A stretch of 64,000 nucleotides of DNA from positions 77,664,317 to 77,728,316 of the forward strand of contig NC_068986.1 of NCBI RefSeq assembly GCF_001194135.2. Direction: 5' to 3'. Origin of the DNA: Octopus bimaculoides (Eukaryota). The notes under the pieces were generated by a model. It worked only from the letters and a program-made list of their open reading frames with translations. It did no database searches and had not been told where the DNA came from. The position numbers were made by a program, and so were the translations under genes. Shown here in pieces: positions 63,628 to 64,000 of this stretch; the first letter of the stretch is position 1; every line of letters begins with the position of its first letter.

Positions 63628-64000
63628 TGTTCAGCAGTTTTATTTTTATAACGTACTTTCACTTCACTACCGAGCGCAGCTCTCTATGCCTTGGGTATGT
63701 GCTGTGGTTTGCTGTGATGCTCTTATGGTTACTGTATTGAAAGTGTTTTGCGTAAGATGTGTGCAGTGTCCAGTAGTGCAATTTTCTGTATGTTATATAT
63801 ATTTGTAAGTCCTGGTGTTTTTGTTATGTATTTGTCTGAATATTTTTTTATTATACCTAAGGCACCTACTATGATAGGAATTGTTTCTGTTTTTAGATTT
63901 CACATTTGAGTTATCTCTATTTCCAGGTCTTTGTATTTTGAAAGTTTTTCCATTTCTTTTAGAGAAACGTTGTCATCTGCTGGTATTGATACATCAATTA
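63628..64000 (-). mobile_element. REL-type (R4/Dong-like) retrotransposon 3' end with (TAA)n tail
   Basis: LIDVSIPADDNVSLKEMEKLSKYKDLEIEI...IPIIVGALGII...IQKIALLDTAHILRKTL*; (TTA)n at about 63587-63628. Confidence 0.88.

Overview
This is AT-rich, gap-ridden (N runs) eukaryotic DNA dense in (CA)n, (TA)n, (GA)n and (TAA)n microsatellites, SINEs and LINE/DNA-transposon relics. The repeat landscape strongly resembles an octopus (coleoid cephalopod) genome; this is an inference from repeat families and was not verified. Most of the window looks like intronic or intergenic sequence. Genic content I can support: (1) the 3' end of a minus-strand protein gene, with a 376-nt exon at 3632-4007 encoding a Ser/His-rich RxxS-repeat tail, spliced in phase to a 12-nt terminal coding exon at 3143-3154 (ends ...DAIDETEAI*); (2) a CpG-rich promoter island at about 56.9-57.6 kb (CCAAT, GTCACGTGAT E-box, TATA-like and YY1-like motifs) followed by a plus-strand ATG-free leader and a probable first coding exon (MEALTSQ...TGKF). 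I could not identify either gene. Mobile elements include RTE LINEs, REL-type (R4/Dong-like) LINEs sitting in (TAA)n tracts, Penelope-like GIY-YIG fragments, a Tx1/L1-like relic, a mariner pseudogene, hAT and piggyBac-like MITEs, tRNA-derived SINEs and a probable 5S-rRNA-derived SINE. The most interesting signals are minimal type I hammerhead-ribozyme motifs (best copy 18987-19034) suggesting a retrozyme/Penelope-linked family, two long diverged fold-back inverted repeats (40.7-41.3 kb and 54.7-55.2 kb) that could form dsRNA, and the possibly bidirectional promoter. No CRISPR array, rRNA gene or intact tRNA gene was seen. Most ORFs in the supplied track are microsatellite or N-gap artefacts. 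Repeat boundaries are approximate unless a TSD or TIR is quoted.
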